From the NCBI GenBank assembly GCA_965117035.1, contig OZ220748.1:2927992-2991991 (forward strand): DNA of 64,000 nucleotides. Reading direction: 5' to 3'. Made by a program: the position numbers and the translations under genes. The notes under the pieces are model-generated. The model had not been told where the DNA came from. It saw nothing but the letters and a program-made list of their open reading frames with translations, and searched no databases. Below, piece after piece: positions 1 to 8,460 of the stretch. The DNA is from Dehalococcoidia bacterium. Its GTDB lineage: Bacteria; Chloroflexota; Dehalococcoidia; Lucifugimonadales; CAZENU01. Numbering within the stretch: position 1 is the first letter of the stretch; each line of letters opens with the position of its first letter.

Positions 1-21
1 GGGTTCTGGGGTGGGGTTTTG

Positions 22-63
22 CTCTGGGCGAGGTGGGCAGGCGCCTGCCCACCTCGCCCAGAG
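22..63. repeat. 42-bp perfect palindrome (21-bp arms, no spacer)
   Basis: ctctgggcgaggtgggcaggc and gcctgcccacctcgcccagag are exact reverse complements. It lies just outside the left side of the first IS5-like element. Confidence 0.9.
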
Positions 64-122
64 GGCTGTTGACACCCTGGAGCTTCACGGCCCCTTGGGC
101 CAACCTGCCTTGTAGGGGAACT

Positions 123-1323
123 CGCAAGGGACTTTCTGAATAAGCCGTGATGGTTTTGTGGCATAGTAACAGCGTCATAGCTGACCAGGGAGGATAGGAA
201 GCCATGAGCCAGCCGACGTTTGCAGACTTGGAATATGAGGGCAAGAAGCGCAAGACCCGCCGGGAGCAGTTTCTTTGAAACGCATGGACAGTCTGATTCC
301 GTGGGAACAGTTGGAAGAGCGCATCCGGCCGTTCTACCCCAAGGCTGGGCGTGGACGTCGTCCGTATGAGTTATCGGCGATGCTTCGGATACACTGCGTG
401 CAGTTGTTCTACAACCTGAGTGACCCTGGGATGGAGGACATACTCTACGAGGTGGATTCGGTGCGGCGATTCGTAGGGCTGAAGCTGTCTGGCCCGTTGC
501 CTGACGAGACTACGATCCTGAACTTCCGCCATCTGTTGTAGGAGCACGAGTTGGGCGCAGGGCTGTTCGAGGAGATCGGCCGTCATCTGGAGTCTCAGGG
601 GCTTCGACTTCAAGCTGGGACGATAGTTGACGCGAGCATCATAGCGGCGCCGTCATCGACGAAGAATCGGAGCAATGAGCGTGACCCTGAGATGCACCAG
701 ACGAAGAAGGTAACGAGTGGCACTTCGGGATGAAGGTGCATATCGGAGTGGACTCTCAGACGGGAGTGGTGCATAGCGTGTCGACGACACCGGCGAATGT
801 GAATGACGTGACTCAGACACCCCAGTTGCTGCATGGCGAGGAGACCCAGGTATGGGGCGATGCGGGGTACCAGGGAGTCCACAAGAGGCTGGAGAATCCG
901 AGATCTGGACGTGGAATGGCAGATAGCGTTGAGGCCCAGCCAGAGGCGTAAGCTGGAGCCTGGGAGCGATGACGCTGTAACGGAGAAGCGCAAAGCGTCG
1001 GTCAGGGCCAAGGTGGAGCACCCATTCCTGTATATCAAACGACACTTCGGCTACGGCAAGGTCCGCTATCGAGGGCTGGCCAAGAATACGCAGCGGCTCA
1101 TGACGTTGCTGGGGTTCGCCAACCTGATGAGGTCTGAGCAGTACTTGGCGCATGCCCCTGTATAGGTGTGCCCAAAAGGGCTGGCAAGGGCAAAACGCCC
1201 CGCCAGGAGCAAGAACAGGACGACACAATCCCCGTCAAGGGTGGCGCAGGGGGCTTCATGTTCTCCCTAAACCGCTCGAATCAGCCTCACCCTACGCTAC
1301 GGCAAGTTGTTCAGAGGTTCCTT
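123..1323 (+). mobile_element. IS5-family insertion sequence, decayed copy (ends approximate)
   Basis: It contains the disrupted IS5-type transposase. The candidate imperfect terminal inverted repeats are ~124-146 versus ~1306-1325 (about 13/19 matches). A length of ~1.2 kb is typical for IS5. Confidence 0.5.
204..1165 (+). pseudogene. IS5-family DDE transposase, multiply disrupted
   Basis: The N-terminus is [24 protein letters not shown]. There is a frame change at ~276, an in-frame TAG at 539-541 (HLL*EHELGAGLFEEI) and further frame changes near 730 and 900-950. The C-terminus KVEHPFLYIKRHFGYGKVRYRGLAKN is typical of IS5. Confidence 0.85.
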
Positions 1324-1439
1324 AGGCCAACCTGCATTGTAGAGGAACTGGTTAGGGTGTCAGGGATCCGAGGGCCTGGTGGGGACGGACGGTATCGTAG
1401 ACCTTCTCTCACCGCAGTAGTGCACGGCTGAGCGGCCCG

Positions 1440-1700
1440 ACCCTGAGGTCTCCGTCGTAGCTCGCACTCCGCGGCGAACTCGCTTCCTCCGTCGACCTGT
1501 ATCGCCCCTGACATCGAACGGCATCCTGTCCATCAGCTGTGCCAGGAACGACGCGGCTGTGGTGGCAGTAGCCCGGCTGTAGGTACCCAGCACGTCCCAG
1601 CGTGAGGCCAGGTCCCGCCCGGCGTAGTGCTTGAGCACGACTCCCCGGTATCGGTCGAACGTCCAGGGTGTCGACCTCGACCAGGTCTCCGGGTGCGCTC
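1440..1700 (-). pseudogene. rve integrase-core transposase fragment (IS481/IS3-type), frameshifted and truncated at both ends
   Basis: Three minus-strand frames carry consecutive pieces: PGDLVEVDTLDVRPIPG, LKHYAGRDLASRWDVLGTYSRATATTAASFLAQLMDRMPFDV and RAIQVDGGSEFAAECE. No HTH N-terminus or C-terminal part is present. Confidence 0.7.
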
Positions 1701-1886
1701 ACCGTGTACTGCCTGGGCTTGCGAATAGCCGTGTGGGCGCTCTACATGCGCGTCGAGGTGTGGCGCCACGGCGCCACGGGACGTAACGCAACACCCGCTT
1801 GTCGTGTAGAATACTGTACCGCAGCCGCATATATGCATGCAGGCGCCTGCACATATGCTTGCGGGATCTCTTGGGGTGGAGATGCC

Positions 1887-2393
1887 ATGCGGGGGAAGGA
1901 CGCGGAGCGCCCTGCGCGCGTGTCGTGGCTGGTGCTGGCCGCCAGCTTCGCGCTCGCCGCGGCGTTCTACTACGGCTACCTGGGCAGTGACTGGGTCGGA
2001 CGCGTCTCGGAGTGGACTGCCGGGGTCTCGGGCCTCGCGCTCGGCCTGGCCGGAACGCCCGCCGTCGTCGACGGCGCGACGATCGCATCCGGCAGCTTCG
2101 CGGTTGTCGTGGTCGCAGAGTGCACCGCGGTCGCTCCGCTGTTCCTGTTCATGGGCGCGGTGGCCGCGTACCCGTCGAACGCCCGCGCCAGGCTGCTCGG
2201 CGCCGCGCTGGGACTGCTCGCGCTGTCGGCCCTGAACGCGGTCCGCATCGCCAGCCTCTTTTGGATCGGCTCCGCCTATCCGGAGCACCTCGATGTGGCC
2301 CACCTCCTGGTCTGGCAGCCGGCGATGATCGTCGCGGCGGTCCTGCTCTGGCTGCTGTGGGCGCATGCCTCGGCGCGTGCTGCGACCGCCTGA
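1887..2393 (+). CDS. small exosortase/archaeosortase-family protein (~168 aa, polytopic)
   Basis: The start is taken at MRGKDAERPARVSWLVL (ATG 1887) inside ORF 1668..2393. The family triad context is visible: AECTAV (Cys), LNAVRIASLFW (Arg) and DVAHLLVWQ (His), within 5-6 hydrophobic segments. Confidence 0.7.
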   Translation: MRGKDAERPARVSWLVLAASFALAAAFYYGYLGSDWVGRVSEWTAGVSGLALGLAGTPAVVDGATIASGSFAVVVVAECTAVAPLFLFMGAVAAYPSNARARLLGAALGLLALSALNAVRIASLFWIGSAYPEHLDVAHLLVWQPAMIVAAVLLWLLWAHASARAATA

Positions 2394-2913
2394 CCTGCTG
2401 ACGTTCGCCTTCAGGGCCGCGGTGCTGCTGCTATTGGCCCCGCTGGTGTGGCTCCCCGTCGCCGCCCGCTACAACGAGATGCTGGTCGTGACGGCCCGGT
2501 GGCTGGCTGGCGGCGCGGAGCTGGAAGCCGCGGGGCGTCATATCCTGGTCTCCGTCGACGGACGGCTTGGCCCGTTGGCTGTCGACGGCTTGGTCCTGCA
2601 CTACGGGCCGGTGCTGCTCGCGGTGCTGGTGCTTGCCGCCGTGGGGATCGGCGCGGCCGCGCGCGCGGCGTGGATCGCCGGACTAGGCACAGGATCCGTG
2701 GCGCTGCACGTCTTCGGCCTCGCCGCGCTGGCCCAGGGTATGGCTTGGGCGGCCTCCAGCGGCGCGTCCGAGAGCGCGGTGCTCAGGCTGTTCGCCGCGC
2801 TGTGGGGGCTGCTGCCCGCCGCGGCCGGCGTCGCATGGTGTCTGCTCTACTGGCTGCCGAGAGCCTCGCGGCCGACGACGGACGTCTGCCCGGAAGCGCC
2901 ACCCTCGGACTGA
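2365..2913 (+). CDS. hypothetical polytopic membrane protein, overlapping the exosortase-like gene by 29 nt
   Basis: A 182-aa ORF with 4-5 hydrophobic helices and no motif I recognise. The overlap of ATG 2365 with the upstream stop (2391-2393) suggests co-translation as a pair. Confidence 0.5.
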   Translation: MPRRVLRPPDLLTFAFRAAVLLLLAPLVWLPVAARYNEMLVVTARWLAGGAELEAAGRHILVSVDGRLGPLAVDGLVLHYGPVLLAVLVLAAVGIGAAARAAWIAGLGTGSVALHVFGLAALAQGMAWAASSGASESAVLRLFAALWGLLPAAAGVAWCLLYWLPRASRPTTDVCPEAPPSD

Positions 2914-2935
2914 GATTCGGAGCACGCCCCGTCTA

Positions 2936-3746
2936 GGCGTGTTCACACTACGTAGTGCATCGAATGTGAGCGCCACGAGAATGAAGCCGAGAAAGAGCGC
3001 ATCGAGCTTGTCAAAGCGAGAGAAGATGCGGCGAAAGCCTTTCAATCGTTGGAAGAGACGCTCTACCTCGTTGCACCTCTCGTAGAGCTCCTTGTCGTAC
3101 TCCCACGGGCTGATGCGAGTCGAGAGTGAAGGAACGACGGGCTCAATGTCCAACTCCAGGGCAAGCTGGCGAGTCTCGTTGCCCTCGTATGCGCGATCCA
3201 TCCGCACAGACAGGTTATCTTGCAGGGGCCCAAGGCGCGTTTGAGCAACCTGTGCCCCTTCCGGTGCGTCGTGAGCCTGTCCAGGGGAGAGTGAAGGTCA
3301 TGGCTGTTCGAGCATTCGCGGCAACCATATGAATCTTGGTGGTCCATCCACCTCTGGACTTGCCGATAGACTGCGGTCCATTCTTTTAGCGCCCCCGTGC
3401 CATCAGGATGCACCTTGACGAGGGTGCTGTCCATCGAAACGACCTCGAGCTTGACGCGCACGATCTGTTCTCGCTGCAGATGTTCGAATATCCTGTCGAG
3501 CACGCCGCTTTTGGCCCAGCGGCTCATACGGGTGTAGATGGTGTGCCACCTGCCGAACCTGGGAGGCAACCCACGCCACTTGCAGCCATGCTCAGTAACA
3601 TACAAAATGGCATTGAGCACCTGTAGATTCGGAATCCTCACATTGCCCCGCTGCACTGGCAATAGATGTTCGATGCGTTCGTACTGGTCCTGTGTTAGTT
3701 CCATGAGCCAAGCATATCACATCAGACCTGGTAGTGTGAACAGGCC
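2936..3746 (-). mobile_element. IS5-family, IS427-group-like element (811 bp)
   Basis: The terminal inverted repeats are ggcgtgttcacactac (2936-2951) and the reverse complement of gtagtgtgaacaggcc (3731-3746), matching 15/16. The element is flanked by CTA on both sides (2933-2935 and 3747-3749). Confidence 0.8.
2938..3704 (-). pseudogene. IS427-group transposase spread over three reading frames
   Basis: The protein reads MELTQDQYERIEHLLPVQRGNVRIPNLQVLNAILYVTEHGCKWRGLP...VKVHPDGTGALK, then KNGPQSIGKSRGGWTTKIHMVAANARTAMTFTL, then SPGQAHDAPEG...MDRAYEGNETRQLA...RLKGFRRIFSRFDKL. Each junction needs a +1 shift, at an A4 run (3384-3387) and a C4 run (3284-3287). Confidence 0.8.
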
Positions 3747-4553
3747 CTAGCCAGGCGGAGGCGTTCCCCTAAGACGTACAAACCTGTTCATCGGCCATTT
3801 ATGGAACTATTTCGACCGGTACGACCCGGCTGTTCGATCTACTGACGGCGTGCCCCGTATTTCGCGCACAGGGAATACTCGGTCCCGCCAGACGACCCTA
3901 TCGACAACGCCAACAGCGATGCCAGCTTCACAAGCCATCCCGAATCAGATGACGCGATGCCACGTGGTGATCCTATTGGCGGGGGTCTGCGCCACCTACA
4001 GCACGTGGATTGATGCCGAAATTGATATGGCTGGGGACGGGTTCATGGACAGCAGGCCCATCCTTGCAATACGACCCTGGGGTGATGAGAGAATATCCCA
4101 GCGGGTCTGAGAGGCTGCAGACGAGATCGTCGGGTGGAACATCGAGAAGCGTCGTCGGGACAATTCGACACACAACCTATTGGTCCACCGATCCTATTCG
4201 ACGTCAAGGCCCGGCTCGACGCCGCCCCTAATGCCCTGTGGGGACACCCGAACCAGTGCCAGAACCACCAGGCTTCGCCAACTCCGACTTATGAGGCAAA
4301 CGTATGCTCTTCGGTAACAGTCACTCTTGACGTGACAGGGCTTGAGGGAGCCTTCAGTGGCGAGATCCGAGATAGACCCGATCGCGCTGGGTAGTGAGCG
4401 GCTCGGCCGACGCCTGTAGGTAGAATGAAACGCGGCCGTCCACTCCGGCGCGATGCCGTGCTAAGATTCCGCCCGTCTGCATGACTGGAGGCCTTTTCCA
4501 TGGTTACCAAAGGAAGGGTGAGTTGCCCGCCGCTGCCAGGCGCCGACTCCCTG

Positions 4554-6191
4554 ATGACCGCCGAATTCGCCGAGTTCCTCGCCGCGCTGCACGACAGGTT
4601 CACCCCGAGGGTCGCCGTGCTGCGCGAGAAGCGCGCCGCCGTGCTGCGGCGGGCCCTCGAGGACCGCGTCCTGCCCACCCACCCGCCGGTCTCTGAGGCC
4701 AACACCGGCGACTGGCAGGTCCCGCAGGTGCCGGACGACCTCCGCACACCCGGCATCGAGATAACCGGCCCCGCGTCGGTCACTAACATGTTCATCAACG
4801 GCCTGAATCCCGGCCCCGACGGCGAGCGCGCCGTGGGCGACCTCGACGATGACGAGGACGCGGGGGGCCACAGGCTGATCGACACCCTCACCTCCGCCCG
4901 CAACCGGCTCGGCGCCGTCGAGCGCTCCCTGGAATACACAAACCCCGCCACTGGCAGGCACTACTCGATCCGCGACGGCGAGCTGCCCTTCTTCATGCAC
5001 CGCGAGAAGGGGCTGCACCTCGACGAGCCGGACGTGACCGTCGACGGGACGCCCGTGCCGGCCGCCCTCCTGGGCACGGCGCTGACGCTCTTCCACGCCG
5101 GGCGGGCGCAGATCGCCCGCGGCCAGGGCCTCTACTTCTACCTGCCCAAGATGGAGGCCGCCGCCGAGGCCCGCTTCTGGCGCGACGTGTTCGACTTCTC
5201 CTGGGACCAACTCCGCCTGCCCGAGGACGCCACGATCAGGGCGATACCGCTCGTCGAGTCGCTGCCGGCCGCATTCCAGATGGAGGAGATGCTCTACGAG
5301 CTCGGCCCGTATGCCGCCGGGCTCAACGCCGCCCGCTGGGACTTCAAGGCCAGCATCTTCGAGTTCGTCATGACCGACCCGGACGCCGTCTGGCCCGACA
5401 GGTTCGGCGTCGACGTCAAGACGACCGACTTCATCGCGAACATCTTTCGACGCCTCGTGGCCGTGTGCCTGAAGAGGGGTGCGGTCCCGATCGGCGGCAT
5501 GGCCACCGCGCTGCCGAGCCGCGACGACGAGGTCAACCGCTCCGCGGCCGCATCCATCACCGCCGACAAGGAGTGGGAGGCCAACCAGGGCTTCCTGCGC
5601 GGCTGGGTCGCCCACATCTTCCACATGGACACAGCCGCCCGTCCGTTCAAGGAGCTGCGCGGGTCCGGCTGGACGCCGAGCGCCGAGATGGCCGACCCGG
5701 ACAACTACACCATCTCCATCGACGTCCCCGAGGGGCCCATCACCGTCGACGGGACCAGGCGCAACGCCCGCATGGTGATCGAGTACCTGGAGGGCTGGCT
5801 GAACGGGCGCGGCGCGAAGGGCATCGACAGCCTCGAGGGCAGGCCCGGCATCCATCCGGCCCTGATGGAGGACCTCGCCACGGGCCGGATGTCCGTCGCC
5901 CAGATCGCCCAGCGCGTCATACACGCCGCCGCCGACAGCGAGACGGGCGAGACCCACGACCTCGCGCTGGTAAAGCGCCTGCTCGCCGAGGAGCTGGACG
6001 ACATCCTGTCGCGCCGCCGCGCCGAGACCGCCGACCAGGCCGCGCTCGCCGCCATCGAAGACCGCTACCGCGCCGCGTACAAGATCGCCATGCGGTGGGT
6101 CCTCAACTACACCGAGCTCGACTTCAGGAGCCTCGGCTCCTACACCAGGGCCGACCTCGCCGCGATCGCCGCCGAACCGGACGCGTTCTAG
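4554..6191 (+). CDS. aceB: malate synthase A
   Basis: Family-typical blocks are present: GLYFYLPKMEAAAEARFWRDVF, IPLVESLPAAFQMEEMLYEL and GLNAARWDFKASIFEF. The start could be 4500 or 4554 (MTAEFAEFL). The gene ends with TAG. Confidence 0.9.
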   Translation: MTAEFAEFLAALHDRFTPRVAVLREKRAAVLRRALEDRVLPTHPPVSEANTGDWQVPQVPDDLRTPGIEITGPASVTNMFINGLNPGPDGERAVGDLDDDEDAGGHRLIDTLTSARNRLGAVERSLEYTNPATGRHYSIRDGELPFFMHREKGLHLDEPDVTVDGTPVPAALLGTALTLFHAGRAQIARGQGLYFYLPKMEAAAEARFWRDVFDFSWDQLRLPEDATIRAIPLVESLPAAFQMEEMLYELGPYAAGLNAARWDFKASIFEFVMTDPDAVWPDRFGVDVKTTDFIANIFRRLVAVCLKRGAVPIGGMATALPSRDDEVNRSAAASITADKEWEANQGFLRGWVAHIFHMDTAARPFKELRGSGWTPSAEMADPDNYTISIDVPEGPITVDGTRRNARMVIEYLEGWLNGRGAKGIDSLEGRPGIHPALMEDLATGRMSVAQIAQRVIHAAADSETGETHDLALVKRLLAEELDDILSRRRAETADQAALAAIEDRYRAAYKIAMRWVLNYTELDFRSLGSYTRADLAAIAAEPDAF

Positions 6192-6212
6192 GGCAACGCG
6201 TCTCGACGCATT

Positions 6213-6580
6213 CTTACTGTTCAGACTCGAGGTGTCCACGCAACCCGTTCACCCCGAGTAGCGCCGCTGCTCTGAGCGGCGCGTATCGAGGGGCGCACGC
6301 AGCCTTGCCGCCAATACTGGCCTCGGCCCCGCCAGAAGACCGGGTTGTGCCGCCCCTTCGATACACCCCGACGAAGCGTCTGGGCGCTCAGGGCGAACGG
6401 GGTTGGTTACGACCAAGCGTCGGGGTGCTCTGGGCGAACGGGTTGTGTTGGCGACTGCCCCACTCCAGACGGATTCCATTGACCACGACACCGTCACACC
6501 CGCGAAGCGCCCGCACCCGTGAAGGCGCGCCGGTATCCAGAGCTTGGGGAGCATTCGTCCCCTTGACTCTGAACAGCTAC
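6213..6580. mobile_element. 368-bp MITE-like non-autonomous element with IS66-type termini
   Basis: The ends are cttactgttcagactcg (6213-) and ctctgaacagctac (-6580). They match the terminal repeats of the IS66-family element at 19755-21210 (about 18/22 and 14/16). It has no ORF. The flanking 8-mers are GACGCATT and GACGTACG (5/8). Confidence 0.6.
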
Positions 6581-6714
6581 GACGTACGCCCGCTGATTGT
6601 CGTCCCGAGCACAGAGCGGGACCTTGGGCGGGGGCCCGCGACCTGACCCACGAAACGGCCTTCCACCGGCCCGGTTCCTTCGCGTCGCTGACGACGACAG
6701 ATCCAGGCTGCCCG

Positions 6715-6978
6715 CTACAGCTTCTTCTCGAGGTAGTGCCGGCTGGCGCCTCCCGCGTAGCCCTCGGACAGCCCGAACTGCCTGTACCCCCGCCTGGTGT
6801 AGAAGTCCGGCGCCTGGAACGACATCGTGTCGACCACCACAGCCACGCAGCCAAGCTCCCTGCCGCGCTCCTCGGCCCAGCCCACCAGGCGGCTCCCGAG
6901 CCCCTTCGACCGGTGGTCGGGATGCACCCACAGTGTCCGCACGTGGACCTTCCCCCAGTACGCGGCGCCGTCGGGCAA
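6715..6978 (-). CDS. GNAT-family N-acetyltransferase, probably degraded at the 5' end
   Basis: The C-terminal core is LWVHPDHRSKGLGSRLVGWAEERGRELGCVAVVVDTMSFQAPDFYTRRGYRQFG. Upstream in the same frame lies MEFAADATE-TAG-QAGEVDRGLDEYNAGF (ATG 7056, TAG 7027-7029). The region after the L-D-E-Y-N block looks shortened. Confidence 0.6.
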   Translation of the reverse strand: MPDGAAYWGKVHVRTLWVHPDHRSKGLGSRLVGWAEERGRELGCVAVVVDTMSFQAPDFYTRRGYRQFGLSEGYAGGASRHYLEKKL

Positions 6979-7305
6979 GAAGCCGGCGTTGTACTCGTCC
7001 AGGCCCCGGTCGACCTCTCCCGCCTGCTACTCCGTCGCGTCAGCGGCAAACTCCATATCGGCACTTCGCTGCCATCCGAGCCAATGCGGCCGGACTCGAG
7101 CCCGGAATCCTCCCGAATCGGGACCGTGACACCATAGGGATGGTCGGCGAGCCGGGCAATCGCCACCGAAGAGGGTCTCTTCTCAGAGCCGATACCCGGA
7201 CAAACCGCCCACGAACGGGTTGTGTGGGGACGAGCCCTGCCAGGCTCTCGACAACCCGTCGCGCGGATGGAGACCCGGAATCAACAGCAAGGCGCGTTCC
7301 TCCCG

Positions 7306-7325
7306 GCGAGTCTGAACAGTTACGC
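7306..7325. repeat. solo IS66-type terminal repeat (right-end orientation)
   Basis: gagtctgaacagttac matches the right terminus of the IS66-family element (caagtctgaacagttac). No partner left end was found between 6581 and 7305. The subterminal gaacgggttgtgt (7213) is also present in the MITE (6426). Confidence 0.5.
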
Positions 7326-7413
7326 CGGCGGCCAGCGCGTTGTGGGCCCGACCGTCCCCCGCGTATGATTCCGCCGCGATGACGGCGCATCACGCCATTT
7401 TGGCGCAGCCAAC

Positions 7414-8436
7414 ATGACCCTGGCGATCCTCTGGGTCCAGCTCGGCCTCGCCGCCGCCGTCATCCTGGGCGCCTCCCTCTTCCTGGCCATGTCCGCCGAT
7501 GTCATCGCCATCGAGACCGGCCTCGGCCGGTCCTTCGTAGGCGTCGTCCTGCTCGCCACCGCCACGTCGCTCCCAGAGCTGGGCACCGGCGTGAGCGCCG
7601 TTGCCATTGTCGGAGAGCCGGACCTCGCCGTCGGCGGGGCCTTCGGCAGCAACCTGTTCAACCTGCTCATCATCGGCCTGATGGACATCTTCTGGTGGAA
7701 CCGCTATCTGCCCAACTACGTGGGCATGTCCTCCGTCGTCGTCGGAGCGCTCGGCATCGCGGTCATCGCGCTTGGCGGCGTGTCCGTCCTGTTCCACGGC
7801 ATGACCTCCGTGTTCGACGGATTGCCGATCAGCCCCCTGTCGATCGTGCTGATCGTGGGCTTCGCGGTCGCGATGTACTTCGTCCACCTGTTCGAGCAGC
7901 GACAGGCCGAGGCCGACGACGGAGCGCCGTCAGCCGGCTCCGGCCGCTACGCCGGCGAGCGGCTGCCGCGCCACGTCGTGATCTGCGCGATGACGGCGCT
8001 CGTGGTCGTCGGCAGCGCGGTCTGGCTCTCCTTCGTGGCCGACGATCTGGCCGTCGAGATGGATGGGAGGCCAGCTTCATGGGGATGCAGTTCCTGGCCG
8101 TAGCCACCTCGTTGCCCGAGCTCTCGACCTCCTTCGCCGCGCTCCGCATCGCCGCGCCGGAGCTCGCGATCACGAACCTGCTCGGCAGCAACCTGTTCAA
8201 CATGGGCTTCATCCTCTTTCCTGGGCGACGTTGCGCACACCGGAGGGCCGATCTGGGGCGCCGTCTCGCAGGTGCACGCCCTCACCGGCTTCATCGCGAT
8301 AGGCATGACGGCCGTCGTCGTCCTCGCTGTCGTCACCCGCCCGCGCAAGAACCGCCCCGGGTTCCTCACCATAGAGGCGGCGGTGCTGATCGCCGTCTAC
8401 GCCACAGCCAGCCTGCTCGTCTTCACCCCAGGCTGA
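7414..8436 (+). pseudogene. CaCA-family Na+/Ca2+ exchanger (YrbG-like) with two compensating frameshifts
   Basis: The alpha-1 repeat GVVLLATATSLPELGTG...GSNLFNLLII is in frame 1. The alpha-2 repeat FLAVATSLPELSTSF...GSNLFNMGFIL is in frame 3 (~8060-8220). The C-terminus LGDVAHTGGPIWGAV...LLVFTPG* is back in frame 1. Frame 1 has a stop at 8101-8103. Confidence 0.8.
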
Positions 8437-8460
8437 CGCGCCCAACCCCTCTCCCGTCAC

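Noticed and set aside
1827-1858. Second palindrome sharing the core GCAGGCGCCTGC with the 42-bp palindrome at 22-63
   Set aside because: Only a 7-bp perfect stem (tgcaggc/gcctgca) holds and the extension needs bulges. A shared 12-nt GC-rich core in a high-GC genome is plausibly a coincidence.
3284-3387. Programmed -1 ribosomal frameshift in the IS427-group transposase at CUAAAAG
   Set aside because: The downstream homologous frame is +1, not -1, relative to the upstream frame. A second +1 change is also needed about 100 nt later at a C4 run. The -1 frame gives a non-homologous peptide ending in a stop.
4461-6239. 592-aa ORF on the minus strand covering all of malate synthase
   Set aside because: It is antisense to a gene with clear family motifs. 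Its product is Gly/Arg/Val/Asp-rich with no recognisable motif. It is a typical stop-poor antisense frame in high-GC DNA.
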